Shown in pieces: positions 39,738 to 48,683 of a stretch of DNA of 64,000 bases (positions are counted from its first letter, which is position 1; each line of letters opens with the position of its first letter). This stretch comes from Bacteroidota bacterium (GTDB taxonomy: Bacteria > Bacteroidota > Bacteroidia > Bacteroidales > Rikenellaceae), in NCBI GenBank assembly GCA_023443765.1, contig JAEZTA010000002.1, forward strand, positions 2,056 through 66,055, read 5' to 3'. The notes below the pieces were generated by a model. It did not search any database. It worked only from the letters and a program-made list of their open reading frames with translations, and was not told the DNA's origin. The translations under genes were made by a program, and so were the position numbers.

Positions 39738-41327
39738 ATGAAAATGAATACGATATATGTGGGACTCCTGGCGACGGCCGTTGCGGTATGCACGGCGGCA
39801 TCGGCGCAGCCTGTTCGGGAGAAGAACCTCGAAAAATACTATACGATGGAGCGTATCCGCTCCAAAAGCGGCTGGCTGGTTTCGGACAATGCTGCCGGAC
39901 TGATCTTTAACCACGCTTCGCTCTCGACAGCCGATGTCAGCTACGATTTCGAAAAGGGAGGTCTGCGCAATGTCGGCGATGCCGAACGGGTGCACAGAAT
40001 GGGTGTGCAGTCGGAGTCCTATCAGCGTTGGAAACGCCTTTCGTTCTATGGCAAGTTGGGCTATGACTATACTGCCGGTTCGGGTCGTAACTGGGCGGGA
40101 AACACCAAACTCTATACTTCGCCGATGAACCTGGGTGACTCGGTTGCCGGCAATACTCGCAATGAGACTTATTCGCTGAAAGCCGGGGTAGCCTATCAGA
40201 TGGGGAACTGGGTGATTGGCTTGCAGGGCGAGTACGAGAATCAGAGTTTAGCCAAGCGGCGCGACGCACGTAACAAGACAACGTACATGCATTTGAGTAT
40301 TCGTCCCGGTGTAATGTTCTCCTCGAAAGTTGTCGATGCAGGCCTGAACTTCACCTATGAGCGTACCACCGAGACTGTCAATTATCAGTCGTTTGGAACT
40401 AATGAACAGGCTATTCAGGTTTATCTCTTCGAGGGGCTTTGGTTCTATACGAACCAGTTGGCATCGTTGGGCAGCAATTCCAATCCCTACCAGTATAAAG
40501 GTTCGGAATATGGAGGTGCTGCGCAGTTCGAACTGAAGTTCTCTCCTCGGGTGAGTCTGTTTAACCAGTTTTCGGCAATGTACAACAAGATGGAGCGTTA
40601 CCGGTTGGAAAAGGATGAGCATCTGGGCGATAATGACCGGTTGACCTATCGCTATCTGGGTGTGCTCAACGTTACAGGGCATTGTGTGGATCAGCGGTTT
40701 TCGGTCGATGCGTCGTTCGGCGACCTGCTGAAATACAACAATATTCAGGAGTTGGCTGTCGATCCCGTAAGCAACCAGACCTCTTATAAGCAGTACGGTC
40801 GTTTTCTGAAATTCTCGCAGAAGCAGCGCAAGGTCGATGCCGATTACAAACTCTATGTCAAGCGCAACGAGTGGAGCAGTTCGTGGATCGTCGATGCGGC
40901 CTTTAATTACTACAAGACCGAATCGGAGTATACGATTGCTCCGGCGCGGTACAACCAGGACATGCACTATTCGAAGCTGATGCTGGGTGTGACCAAAAAC
41001 TTTAGGTTCAGCGGCCGCAGTTGGCTCGATGCGACGGTGCGCGGAGGCTATACCTTCGGCGGCGGGACCCAGCTGGAGAAGACCTGTCCCGAAGGCGTAC
41101 AGATCGAAAACGAGAACTACCGTGCCGACCTGCTGGCGCAGGAGTATGCTTTCCTGACCAACGACCGGCTGAACGGCGAGGCCGGCCTGCGTTACACGCA
41201 CTGTTTCCCGGCGAAGAAAATGGGCCTCTACGTCGACCTGAAAGGTCGTGCGGCATGGGGTCGCAGCGGCCTGATGGACGGCAGCCGCCGTGGCGGCATC
41301 TTTGCAGCGGTGGGTCTGAATTTCTAA
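39738..41327 (+). CDS. DUF6850-like outer-membrane beta-barrel protein
   Basis: Signal peptide; NAAGL, ETYSL, RRDARNK motifs; amphipathic strands; terminal Phe; follows DUF4876-like gene. Confidence 0.72.
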   Translation: MKMNTIYVGLLATAVAVCTAASAQPVREKNLEKYYTMERIRSKSGWLVSDNAAGLIFNHASLSTADVSYDFEKGGLRNVGDAERVHRMGVQSESYQRWKRLSFYGKLGYDYTAGSGRNWAGNTKLYTSPMNLGDSVAGNTRNETYSLKAGVAYQMGNWVIGLQGEYENQSLAKRRDARNKTTYMHLSIRPGVMFSSKVVDAGLNFTYERTTETVNYQSFGTNEQAIQVYLFEGLWFYTNQLASLGSNSNPYQYKGSEYGGAAQFELKFSPRVSLFNQFSAMYNKMERYRLEKDEHLGDNDRLTYRYLGVLNVTGHCVDQRFSVDASFGDLLKYNNIQELAVDPVSNQTSYKQYGRFLKFSQKQRKVDADYKLYVKRNEWSSSWIVDAAFNYYKTESEYTIAPARYNQDMHYSKLMLGVTKNFRFSGRSWLDATVRGGYTFGGGTQLEKTCPEGVQIENENYRADLLAQEYAFLTNDRLNGEAGLRYTHCFPAKKMGLYVDLKGRAAWGRSGLMDGSRRGGIFAAVGLNF

Positions 41328-41344
41328 CCCGTTGGTTTCCGAAT

Positions 41345-41383
41345 AAAATCCCCGCAGGGCTGTCGAAGCCTTGCGGGGATTTT
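41345..41383. terminator. Bidirectional intrinsic terminator
   Basis: aaaatccccgcagggc...gccttgcggggatttt. Confidence 0.82.
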
Positions 41384-41400
41384 CGTTACGGGGTGCCGGT

Positions 41401-41433
41401 AAAAAAGGAACGAACCCCGATGGGGCCCGTTCC
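41401..41433 (-). terminator. Probable terminator for the S46 peptidase gene
   Basis: ggaacg..cccc/gggg..cgttcc imperfect stem with A-run on the + strand (U-tract on minus). Confidence 0.55.
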
Positions 41434-41452
41434 GTTGTATAGATGGGGCGGG

Positions 41453-43627
41453 TTATTTCACCAGCCGCATTTCGTCGATCAACGATCCGGCGCCGGCGTA
41501 TTTGTCCATGATCCACAGCACGAAGCGGATGTCGACGCAGACGGTCTTGAAATTGGTCGGGTGGAAGTAGATGTCGCCTGACATCGACTCGCGGTTGCCG
41601 TCGAATGCCAGTCCGATCACGTCGCCTTTGGCGTTGAGCACCGGGCTACCCGAGTTGCCGCCCGTGATGTCGTTGTTGGTGAGGAAATTGACATAGAGCT
41701 GCCCGTTTTCGCCCCAGCGGCCCCAGTCCTTGTTGCGGATGAGCGAGAACATCTTCTCGTCGACGCGGAATTCATAGTCGTTGGGGTTGTATTTCTCCGG
41801 GTAGCCGTCAATCGTCGAACGGGAGTCGTAATGCACGGCATCCTTGGGCGAAACGGGGCCTACGGTTCCGTAGGTGAGGCGCATCGTCGAGTTGGCGTCG
41901 GGATATTGGGGGACGCCCTCCGATTCGCGCATCTCGTAGATGGCGTGGGCATAGCGCAGTTCCTCGGCGTCGGTGTCGATGCCGGAGGCCTCTTCGGCCT
42001 GCCTGAGGTTCTCGGCGAAGCGCCGCGAGCTGACCGAATTGGCCATCGCCGCCATCGGGTCGGAGAGGATGTCCTCGGCGGTGCGGGGCTCGGCGAACCA
42101 GGCGCACAGCTTTTCGTAGCTGGTGCAGCAGGTGTTTTCGAAGGCGTAGTCGATCAGTGCCGGAACGTCGCCCTTGAAGCGGTCGTAAAGCTGCGGCAAC
42201 TGCTCGCCCCACATCTCGCGGGGAACGTTGTCGGTGAAGCTCTGCACCATCCGGGTCAGCACCTCCTTGTCGGTGGCCAGGTCGAAATCCTTCATCATCC
42301 GCCGGGTGTTGGCCTGCACGCCTGCGAAATCCTTGTCGCCGACCTTTACCGTGGCGATGCTGTCGCGCAGCATGCGGTCGACGAGCGTGCCGAGGCGGTT
42401 GGCCGTCATCATCACGTCGCTCGGGCGAATCCACGTCTCCTGGAAATAACATTTCTGACGTACGGCTTCGGCACGGGCCTCGTAACCCTTCTTCAGGTTG
42501 GCGAGCAGGTCGCCGTATTCGGCTTTGCGGGCCGGGTCGGCGTCGATCCAGGCGGCGAGGCGCTGCTCCTCGGCAGCGCGGATGCCGATCACGTCGTAAC
42601 GGCGCAGGCAGATATTTTCCCACTTGGCATAGTCGGCGTAGTTGCTGATGCCGAAATACTTGTCGCTATACATCAGACGGATGTCCGGATCGGCCTCCAT
42701 GTGGCGGCGCATGATGTCGAGGCGGTCGTGGCGCGCCTTGATCACGATGGGGTTGGTCACATATTCCTTCTCGCGCACGGCGAACGACGACATGTAGCGG
42801 TTGGTGCGGCCCGGGAAACCGAGCACCATGGCGTAATCCTTGTCATGGATGCCGCCGGTCGCGACGTTGAGCACCTTGCGGGGCGTGATGGGTCGGTTTT
42901 CCTTCGAATAGGCAGCCGGCCGGCCCTCCTTGTCGCCATAGACGCGGTAGAGGGCGAAATCGCCCTTGTGCTGGGGCCAGCCCCAGTTGTCCTGGTCACC
43001 GCCGAAAGCGCCGATCTTCACGGGAGGCGCTCCCACGAGGCGTACGTCCTTATAGGTCTCGTAGTAGAAAAGCAGGTATTTCTTGCCTTTCCACATCGAG
43101 GCGCACTCGACTTCGAAGGGCGTGTCCTTGCCGTATTTCTTTTCGAGGATGCCGTAGACCTTGCGGGTCCCGAAAACTCCCAGGCTGTTGGCCTTTTCGA
43201 GTGAGTCGCGGATGGCCAGTGCTTCGTCCGTCACGTCGATGACCTTGCGCAGGAAGGTCACGGTTTTGCCTTTGAGCGGCAGTTCATCCTGCTGTTTGAG
43301 GGCCCAGAAACCCTCTTCGAGGTAGTTTTTCGCGGGGGTGCTCAGCGAGTGGATGTCGCCGTAGGCCACGTGGTGGTTGGTGATGACAAGTCCCTTGTCG
43401 GAGATCACGCTGCCCGTACCCATGCCGCCGTCGACGGCCACGATGGCGTTGCACAGCGCCGGGGACTCCTCGTTATAAATCTCCCCGGGCTTCAGCTTCA
43501 GCCCCTCCTTCTTCATCTGGGGGTAGATCATGTTCTGGAACGTGCTGACCAGCCACATGCCTTCGTCGGCAGATGCCGCGGTGGGGAGCAAAGCGCAGAC
43601 CAGTAAATAAAAAATCGCTTTTTTCAT
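41453..43627 (-). CDS. S46 dipeptidyl-peptidase, DPP7-like
   Basis: DEGMW, TNHHV, NWGWPQHKGDF, PDANSTMRLTYG, TGGNSGSPV; AFDGN with Gly at the S1 position where DPP11 has Arg. Confidence 0.93.
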   Translation of the reverse strand: MKKAIFYLLVCALLPTAASADEGMWLVSTFQNMIYPQMKKEGLKLKPGEIYNEESPALCNAIVAVDGGMGTGSVISDKGLVITNHHVAYGDIHSLSTPAKNYLEEGFWALKQQDELPLKGKTVTFLRKVIDVTDEALAIRDSLEKANSLGVFGTRKVYGILEKKYGKDTPFEVECASMWKGKKYLLFYYETYKDVRLVGAPPVKIGAFGGDQDNWGWPQHKGDFALYRVYGDKEGRPAAYSKENRPITPRKVLNVATGGIHDKDYAMVLGFPGRTNRYMSSFAVREKEYVTNPIVIKARHDRLDIMRRHMEADPDIRLMYSDKYFGISNYADYAKWENICLRRYDVIGIRAAEEQRLAAWIDADPARKAEYGDLLANLKKGYEARAEAVRQKCYFQETWIRPSDVMMTANRLGTLVDRMLRDSIATVKVGDKDFAGVQANTRRMMKDFDLATDKEVLTRMVQSFTDNVPREMWGEQLPQLYDRFKGDVPALIDYAFENTCCTSYEKLCAWFAEPRTAEDILSDPMAAMANSVSSRRFAENLRQAEEASGIDTDAEELRYAHAIYEMRESEGVPQYPDANSTMRLTYGTVGPVSPKDAVHYDSRSTIDGYPEKYNPNDYEFRVDEKMFSLIRNKDWGRWGENGQLYVNFLTNNDITGGNSGSPVLNAKGDVIGLAFDGNRESMSGDIYFHPTNFKTVCVDIRFVLWIMDKYAGAGSLIDEMRLVK

Positions 43628-43646
43628 AGTCGGTTCGTTTTATTCG

Positions 43647-43674
43647 AAAAAGGGGCTTGCGTATCACAAGCCCC
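43647..43674 (-). terminator. Terminator-like hairpin between the 4Fe-4S and S46 genes
   Basis: Minus strand ggggcttg..caagcccc followed by T5. Confidence 0.6.
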
Positions 43675-43690
43675 CTGTAAGTATGTTGCA

Positions 43691-45649
43691 TCAGAGCGTG
43701 CGCCCTTCGGTCTTGAAGGTGAACTTCGGCTCTTCATCCTTGGTCGAGCCGTCCTTGTACTTGATGGGCCAGACCTTGGCGTTGAGCAGTTCGTTCCAGA
43801 TCTTTGCATCGTCCCACATCGACTTGACATAGACGATCCGCAGTACGGGAACTTCCTCCTCGTTCAGCGCTACGTCGAGGCGCGTGATGCCCTCCTTGAG
43901 CGAGAGGAACCCGCGGAAGTAGGGGAAGCTGCGCTTGATGAGCGGCTTCTCGATGCCCCGGCACTCGACTTCGTAAACGCCCTTGGGATATTTCTCGTCG
44001 TCGCCGTAGGTCTCAGTGTTGTGCTTGAACGGTGCCGAAAGGTCGCGGGTCTGTTCGAACATCAGGTCGAGGAACTCGCGGCGGGCGATTTTGCCGGCAG
44101 CGGGGTCGTAGCTCTTGAGCTGGTAGTGAACCGGAATTACCCGGACCTTGCCGCCGTGGGCCAGCATGTGAGCCTCCTTGACCTCGATCGAGTCGCGGAG
44201 CATCGTTTCGGGAACCGAGGCCGAAGGATCGACATAGAGCGTAACGGATACCGGGCAGTCGTATTGTGCGTCGAAGCCGCAGATGCCGTCGATGTTGCGC
44301 AGGATGGCTCCGAAGTAGACCATGTCCATCTTATCGTGGAGTCCCTCGACGCCGATGCGGACGATCGAAAGCGAATCGACGCCGGCTTTGGGCGAAGAGA
44401 ACTTCATGGTCGTGGGCGCGAAGATCGCCTTGTCGATACCCGTCTGGTCGATGGTCGCGGGGTCGTAGCTGATGACTACCGCATGGCGTTTGACGAACGT
44501 TTTCACGCCGTAGACGCCCGGCACTTTCTGCATCTTGGACGAGAAGGCCTTCGAGCTGCCGAAGCATTTCACCGACGTGAGGCCCTCGATCTCGTAGGTC
44601 TGCATGCCTTCGACCTGTTCGTAATTGCCCCACTTCTCGTCGATGGTCGGGAGTTCCCAGTGACTGCCGAACCAGAGTGCCGCGCCGAAGAGCACGACGG
44701 CCAGGATGCCGGGCAGCCAGCGGAACGACCGCTTGCAGCCGACCTGCAGCGAATCCTCGGGACAAGCCGAGACGCAGGTTCCGCAGAGTGTACAGTCGAT
44801 ATGCTTGACCTTGTCGAGGTTCTTGATGTCGATCGAATAGGGGCATTTGCGGCGGCAAACGTCGCACTTGGTGCACGTAGCTTCGTCGCGGACGATGTGC
44901 AGCAGCGGGAAGACCTTGCTTCGGAGGTAGATCATCTCCCAGAGGTAACCCACGACGCAGGCGGCGCCCAGCGCCCATATCCAGGCGAAAGTTACGTTCA
45001 GTAGTCCGAGCACCCACAGCAGGATGACGATGCCGACGAAAGTGATCGTGAACTTGAAGATGTTGCTCAGCGCGCCCAGCGGGCAGATGTATTTACACCA
45101 GAACATTTTGATGAAGAAACTGCCGAGGAAGAGCACCGTAATCGAAACGATGGTCATCCAGGCGGTGATTTCACCCTTGAATCCCGTAGCAATGGCGTAA
45201 TAGGGGTCGAAATTCTTGCAGAAAAGTTCGCTGCTCGATACCGACATGTAGAAGACGTAGAACAGCAGCGCGTATTTGATGATGCGCAAGGCGCGGTCGG
45301 CGACACTTCCCGGGCGGATTTCGGCGTTTACTTTGAGCTTTTTACCGCCTTTACCCATCCATTCGCTGACGGTTCCCAGCGGGCAGAGGTAGCCGCAGAA
45401 GAGTTTGCTGAAAAGCACGACTCCCACGACGAGCATGACGCCTACCATGATCTGCACCATGGACATCGAACAGGCCAGCGAGTTGCGTACCAGGTAACTG
45501 CCCAGCGCCTGCAGTCCGCCGAACGGGCAGTAGGCCTCCACGTCCGCGGGTTTCTCCCCGAGGGTGAGCCCGTAGACCACGAATCCCACGATTGCTGCGA
45601 GCGTGCCCCACTGCAGCAAATTCTTTAACCAATTGCTTTTTCTTTTCAT
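43691..45649 (-). CDS. Polyferredoxin-type (NapH/NosR-like) 4Fe-4S membrane protein with C-terminal HMA-like repeats
   Basis: EAYCPFGG, FCGYLCPLG, WCKYICPLG, CTKCDVCRRKCP, CTLCGTCVSACP; several TM helices; repeated ferredoxin-like (IEGL...VPGV...ISYDP) units. Confidence 0.85.
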   Translation of the reverse strand: MKRKSNWLKNLLQWGTLAAIVGFVVYGLTLGEKPADVEAYCPFGGLQALGSYLVRNSLACSMSMVQIMVGVMLVVGVVLFSKLFCGYLCPLGTVSEWMGKGGKKLKVNAEIRPGSVADRALRIIKYALLFYVFYMSVSSSELFCKNFDPYYAIATGFKGEITAWMTIVSITVLFLGSFFIKMFWCKYICPLGALSNIFKFTITFVGIVILLWVLGLLNVTFAWIWALGAACVVGYLWEMIYLRSKVFPLLHIVRDEATCTKCDVCRRKCPYSIDIKNLDKVKHIDCTLCGTCVSACPEDSLQVGCKRSFRWLPGILAVVLFGAALWFGSHWELPTIDEKWGNYEQVEGMQTYEIEGLTSVKCFGSSKAFSSKMQKVPGVYGVKTFVKRHAVVISYDPATIDQTGIDKAIFAPTTMKFSSPKAGVDSLSIVRIGVEGLHDKMDMVYFGAILRNIDGICGFDAQYDCPVSVTLYVDPSASVPETMLRDSIEVKEAHMLAHGGKVRVIPVHYQLKSYDPAAGKIARREFLDLMFEQTRDLSAPFKHNTETYGDDEKYPKGVYEVECRGIEKPLIKRSFPYFRGFLSLKEGITRLDVALNEEEVPVLRIVYVKSMWDDAKIWNELLNAKVWPIKYKDGSTKDEEPKFTFKTEGRTL

Positions 45650-45680
45650 TTATTCGGGTTGTAAATGGTGTGTGTTAACG

Positions 45681-45761
45681 CAAAGGTAATTATTTTGACG
45701 GGTAATTAGTACGCATTGTTCGTTTTTTTAGACCCTTCTACGCGACTTTTTCGTATATTTG
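45681..45761. promoter_or_regulatory. Divergent -7 elements for the 4Fe-4S and M16 genes
   Basis: TACCTTTG (minus, 45681-45688) and TATATTTG (plus, 45754-45761). Confidence 0.65.
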
Positions 45762-45794
45762 TGAGACTACACCACGTAATAAAGCGAATCCACG

Positions 45795-48614
45795 ATGAAA
45801 AAATCTGTTTTGATCCGTGCGGTCCTGTTTTGTCTGCTGGCCCTTCCGGCTGCGGCGCAGGTCCCCGCAGCCCCGCAGGAAAAGATGCCCCTCGACAGCG
45901 AGGTCCGCGTCGGGCGACTCGACAACGGAATGACCTATTACATCCGTCATTACGACAATCCCAAACAGCGGGCGGACTTCTTTATCGCCCACGATGTCGG
46001 CGCCCTGCAGGAGGAGGACAACCAGAACGGACTGGCCCATTTCCTCGAACACATGGCCTTCAACGGGACGAAGCATTTTCCCGGGAAAGGAATTCTCAAC
46101 TACCTGGCGGCCAGCGGCGTGCGCTTCGGCTACAACGTCAATGCCTACACCTCGCGCGACCGTACGGTCTACAATGTTTCGAACGTGCCGCTGGTGCGCG
46201 AAGGGCTGGTGGATTCGCTGCTGCTGATCCTCCACGACTGGTCCTACTATATCGCGTGTGAACCTGCCGAAATCGAGTCGGAGCGGGGTGTGATCCGCGA
46301 GGAGTGGCGGCGTGGCAACGACGCCCGTTCGCGCATGGTCCGCAAGTCGGCGCAGGTCGAATACGACGGATCGAAATACGCCCGGCGCGACGTGATCGGC
46401 GACATGGACATCGTCAACAATTTCGAGCGGCAGACGCTCATCGACTTTTACCACAAGTGGTACCGTCCCGATTTGCAGGCGGTGATCGTCGTGGGCGACG
46501 TGGATGTGGACGCCATGGAGCAGAAAATCCGCACGCTGATGTCGTCGATCCCGAAGGCCGAAAACCCGGCTCCGAAGGAGGTTTACGACATTCCCTGGCG
46601 CGATAAGCCCCGCTACGGTGTGGTGACCGACCCCGAGACCAAGGCCGTGGCCGTGAAACTGATCTTTTACCAGCCTTACCCGTCGGCTGAGGAGCGTGCG
46701 ACGGTGGGCGTCGTGCGCGACGACCTGGCGCGCAAAGTCTTCCTCGAAATGGCCCGCACCCGGCTGGCGGAGGCGGAGAAGCGTCCCGATGCGCGTTACA
46801 AGCGCGTCGTGGCCGTTACCGGGAGCCTCGCCACATGCCGCAACAACTTCATGCTGACGGCCCTGCCCAAAGAGCAGAACATGCGCGAAGCGCTGGCGGG
46901 CATCCTGACCGATGTGGAGCAGATGCGCCGCTACGGATTCAGCAACGAGGAGTTCGAGGCGGCCAAAGCCAAGGTCGCCAGGGCCGAGAAGAGTGCGCAG
47001 GAGAAATACCGGCTCGCTACGAACACCGAACTGGCGGGAAGGTATGTGGAGCATTTCACGCGCAACGTACCTTATGTGACGCCCGACGACCGGGCCCGGA
47101 TCGTCGGGGAGCAGCTCGAAGCCCTGACGCCCGAGGCGGTGAACCGCCTGCGCGTCGCCATGACCTCGCCCAAGGGGATGCTCGTGCTGGTGTCGTCGCC
47201 CGAGGAGTATCTGGACAAGGTTCCCGCGGAGGCGGACGCTTTCGGGCTGATCGACTCGGTGAAGCGGGCGAAGATAGCCCGTCCCGAGCGCAGTGGAAAA
47301 GCCGCAGGTCCGCTTTTCACGGCGGAGGTGAAGCCCGGGAAGGTGGTCAAAACCCGCAAGGCGGCCTTCGGGACCGAGGAGTGGACGCTTTCGAACGGCG
47401 TGAAGGTCTTCTGGCGGACGGTTCCCGAGGTGATCGGTGCGCGCAAGATCGGCGTGGCGGCGGTTAACGAGGGCGGGTTTGCCCGCGACAACGATGTCGA
47501 AGGCATGTTCCTGCTCCAGAACTATGTCCGCACGATGGGGGTGAAGAACCTCGACCGCAGCGGGATGCGCGACCTGCTTTCGGCCCACGACGCCAGCCTG
47601 ATGGCGACGCTGGGGCGCGATGCGGGCGTCTTCTCAGGATCGGCGGGCGCGGCCGATTTCGAACTGTTGTTGCAACTGCTGCACCTCTATATCACCGAAC
47701 CCAATTTCTCGGAACAGGCCTACGGCGATTATATCGGTCTGGCCCGCACGTCGCTCGGGAAGGAGAAGTCGCCCAAGGCGCTTTTCGCCGAGCGTGCCGA
47801 CAGCGCGAAATACGGCGGCCATAGGTGGTTGCAGCGCGCGATGCCCGCAACGCTCGACCGCTTCGACCGGGAGGCGGCCCGCAAACTCTACGACAAACTC
47901 TTCGGCAATGTCGCCGACTTCGTCTTCTTCTTCGCGGGCGAGATGCCTGCCGACGAGGCGCGGCCGCTCATCGAGAAATACATCGGTTCGCTGCCCGCGG
48001 CCCCGAAGCAGAAATTCAAGCGGGAGGATTTGGAGATCGTACCCGGTACGACGGAGTACGACGCGGTTTTCCCCGGCGCCGTGACCCCCAAATCGACGAT
48101 CGAGCGCATCTACCACGGGAAGTTCGACTATACGCCGGCGAATTACGCTGCGCTGCGTTACGTTTCCTACATCCTCGGGGCCCGTTACCTGACGACCGTG
48201 CGCGAGGAGAAGGGCGGAACCTATTACATCGGCGTGCACGACGAGGTCGGAGCCCGTCCCCGCGGTTACTGCCACCTGGTGGTGAGCTTCGAGACCGATC
48301 CCAAACTGCGCGAAATGCTGCTGGGCGAGGTGCAGAAGGGCATCGAGCAGTTGGCCGCGGAAGCTCCCTCGGAGCAGGAGGTGAACGAAGCGATGCTTTA
48401 CTTTAAGAAAGTCAACGCCGAACGCAAGTCGAAGAACCTGAAATCCACCTCCTACTGGCTCAACAAGATGCGGGCGGAGTATTTCGACGGTGTCGATCTG
48501 GATAAGGACAACGAGGCGGTCTTTACAGCCGTGACGCCCGACGAGGTGCGCCGCCTCACGCGTGAGATTCTCGCGCAGGGCAACCGCTATACGGCGGTTT
48601 TCACGCAGGAGTAA
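45795..48614 (+). CDS. M16 (insulinase/PqqL-like) zinc metallopeptidase, periplasmic
   Basis: G.LDNGMTYYI, GLAHFLEHMAFNGT (inverted HxxEH), NAYTS, ERGVIREE, VREEKGGTY; signal peptide. Confidence 0.93.
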   Translation: MKKSVLIRAVLFCLLALPAAAQVPAAPQEKMPLDSEVRVGRLDNGMTYYIRHYDNPKQRADFFIAHDVGALQEEDNQNGLAHFLEHMAFNGTKHFPGKGILNYLAASGVRFGYNVNAYTSRDRTVYNVSNVPLVREGLVDSLLLILHDWSYYIACEPAEIESERGVIREEWRRGNDARSRMVRKSAQVEYDGSKYARRDVIGDMDIVNNFERQTLIDFYHKWYRPDLQAVIVVGDVDVDAMEQKIRTLMSSIPKAENPAPKEVYDIPWRDKPRYGVVTDPETKAVAVKLIFYQPYPSAEERATVGVVRDDLARKVFLEMARTRLAEAEKRPDARYKRVVAVTGSLATCRNNFMLTALPKEQNMREALAGILTDVEQMRRYGFSNEEFEAAKAKVARAEKSAQEKYRLATNTELAGRYVEHFTRNVPYVTPDDRARIVGEQLEALTPEAVNRLRVAMTSPKGMLVLVSSPEEYLDKVPAEADAFGLIDSVKRAKIARPERSGKAAGPLFTAEVKPGKVVKTRKAAFGTEEWTLSNGVKVFWRTVPEVIGARKIGVAAVNEGGFARDNDVEGMFLLQNYVRTMGVKNLDRSGMRDLLSAHDASLMATLGRDAGVFSGSAGAADFELLLQLLHLYITEPNFSEQAYGDYIGLARTSLGKEKSPKALFAERADSAKYGGHRWLQRAMPATLDRFDREAARKLYDKLFGNVADFVFFFAGEMPADEARPLIEKYIGSLPAAPKQKFKREDLEIVPGTTEYDAVFPGAVTPKSTIERIYHGKFDYTPANYAALRYVSYILGARYLTTVREEKGGTYYIGVHDEVGARPRGYCHLVVSFETDPKLREMLLGEVQKGIEQLAAEAPSEQEVNEAMLYFKKVNAERKSKNLKSTSYWLNKMRAEYFDGVDLDKDNEAVFTAVTPDEVRRLTREILAQGNRYTAVFTQE

Positions 48615-48630
48615 CACACGCACCGAAACG

Positions 48631-48665
48631 AAACCCGGGCGACCATCGAGGCCGCCCGGGTTTTT
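48631..48665. terminator. Bidirectional terminator between M16 and GH97
   Basis: aaacccgggcg...cgcccgggttttt. Confidence 0.82.
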
Positions 48666-48683
48666 CGTGCATATGTCGCAGCG

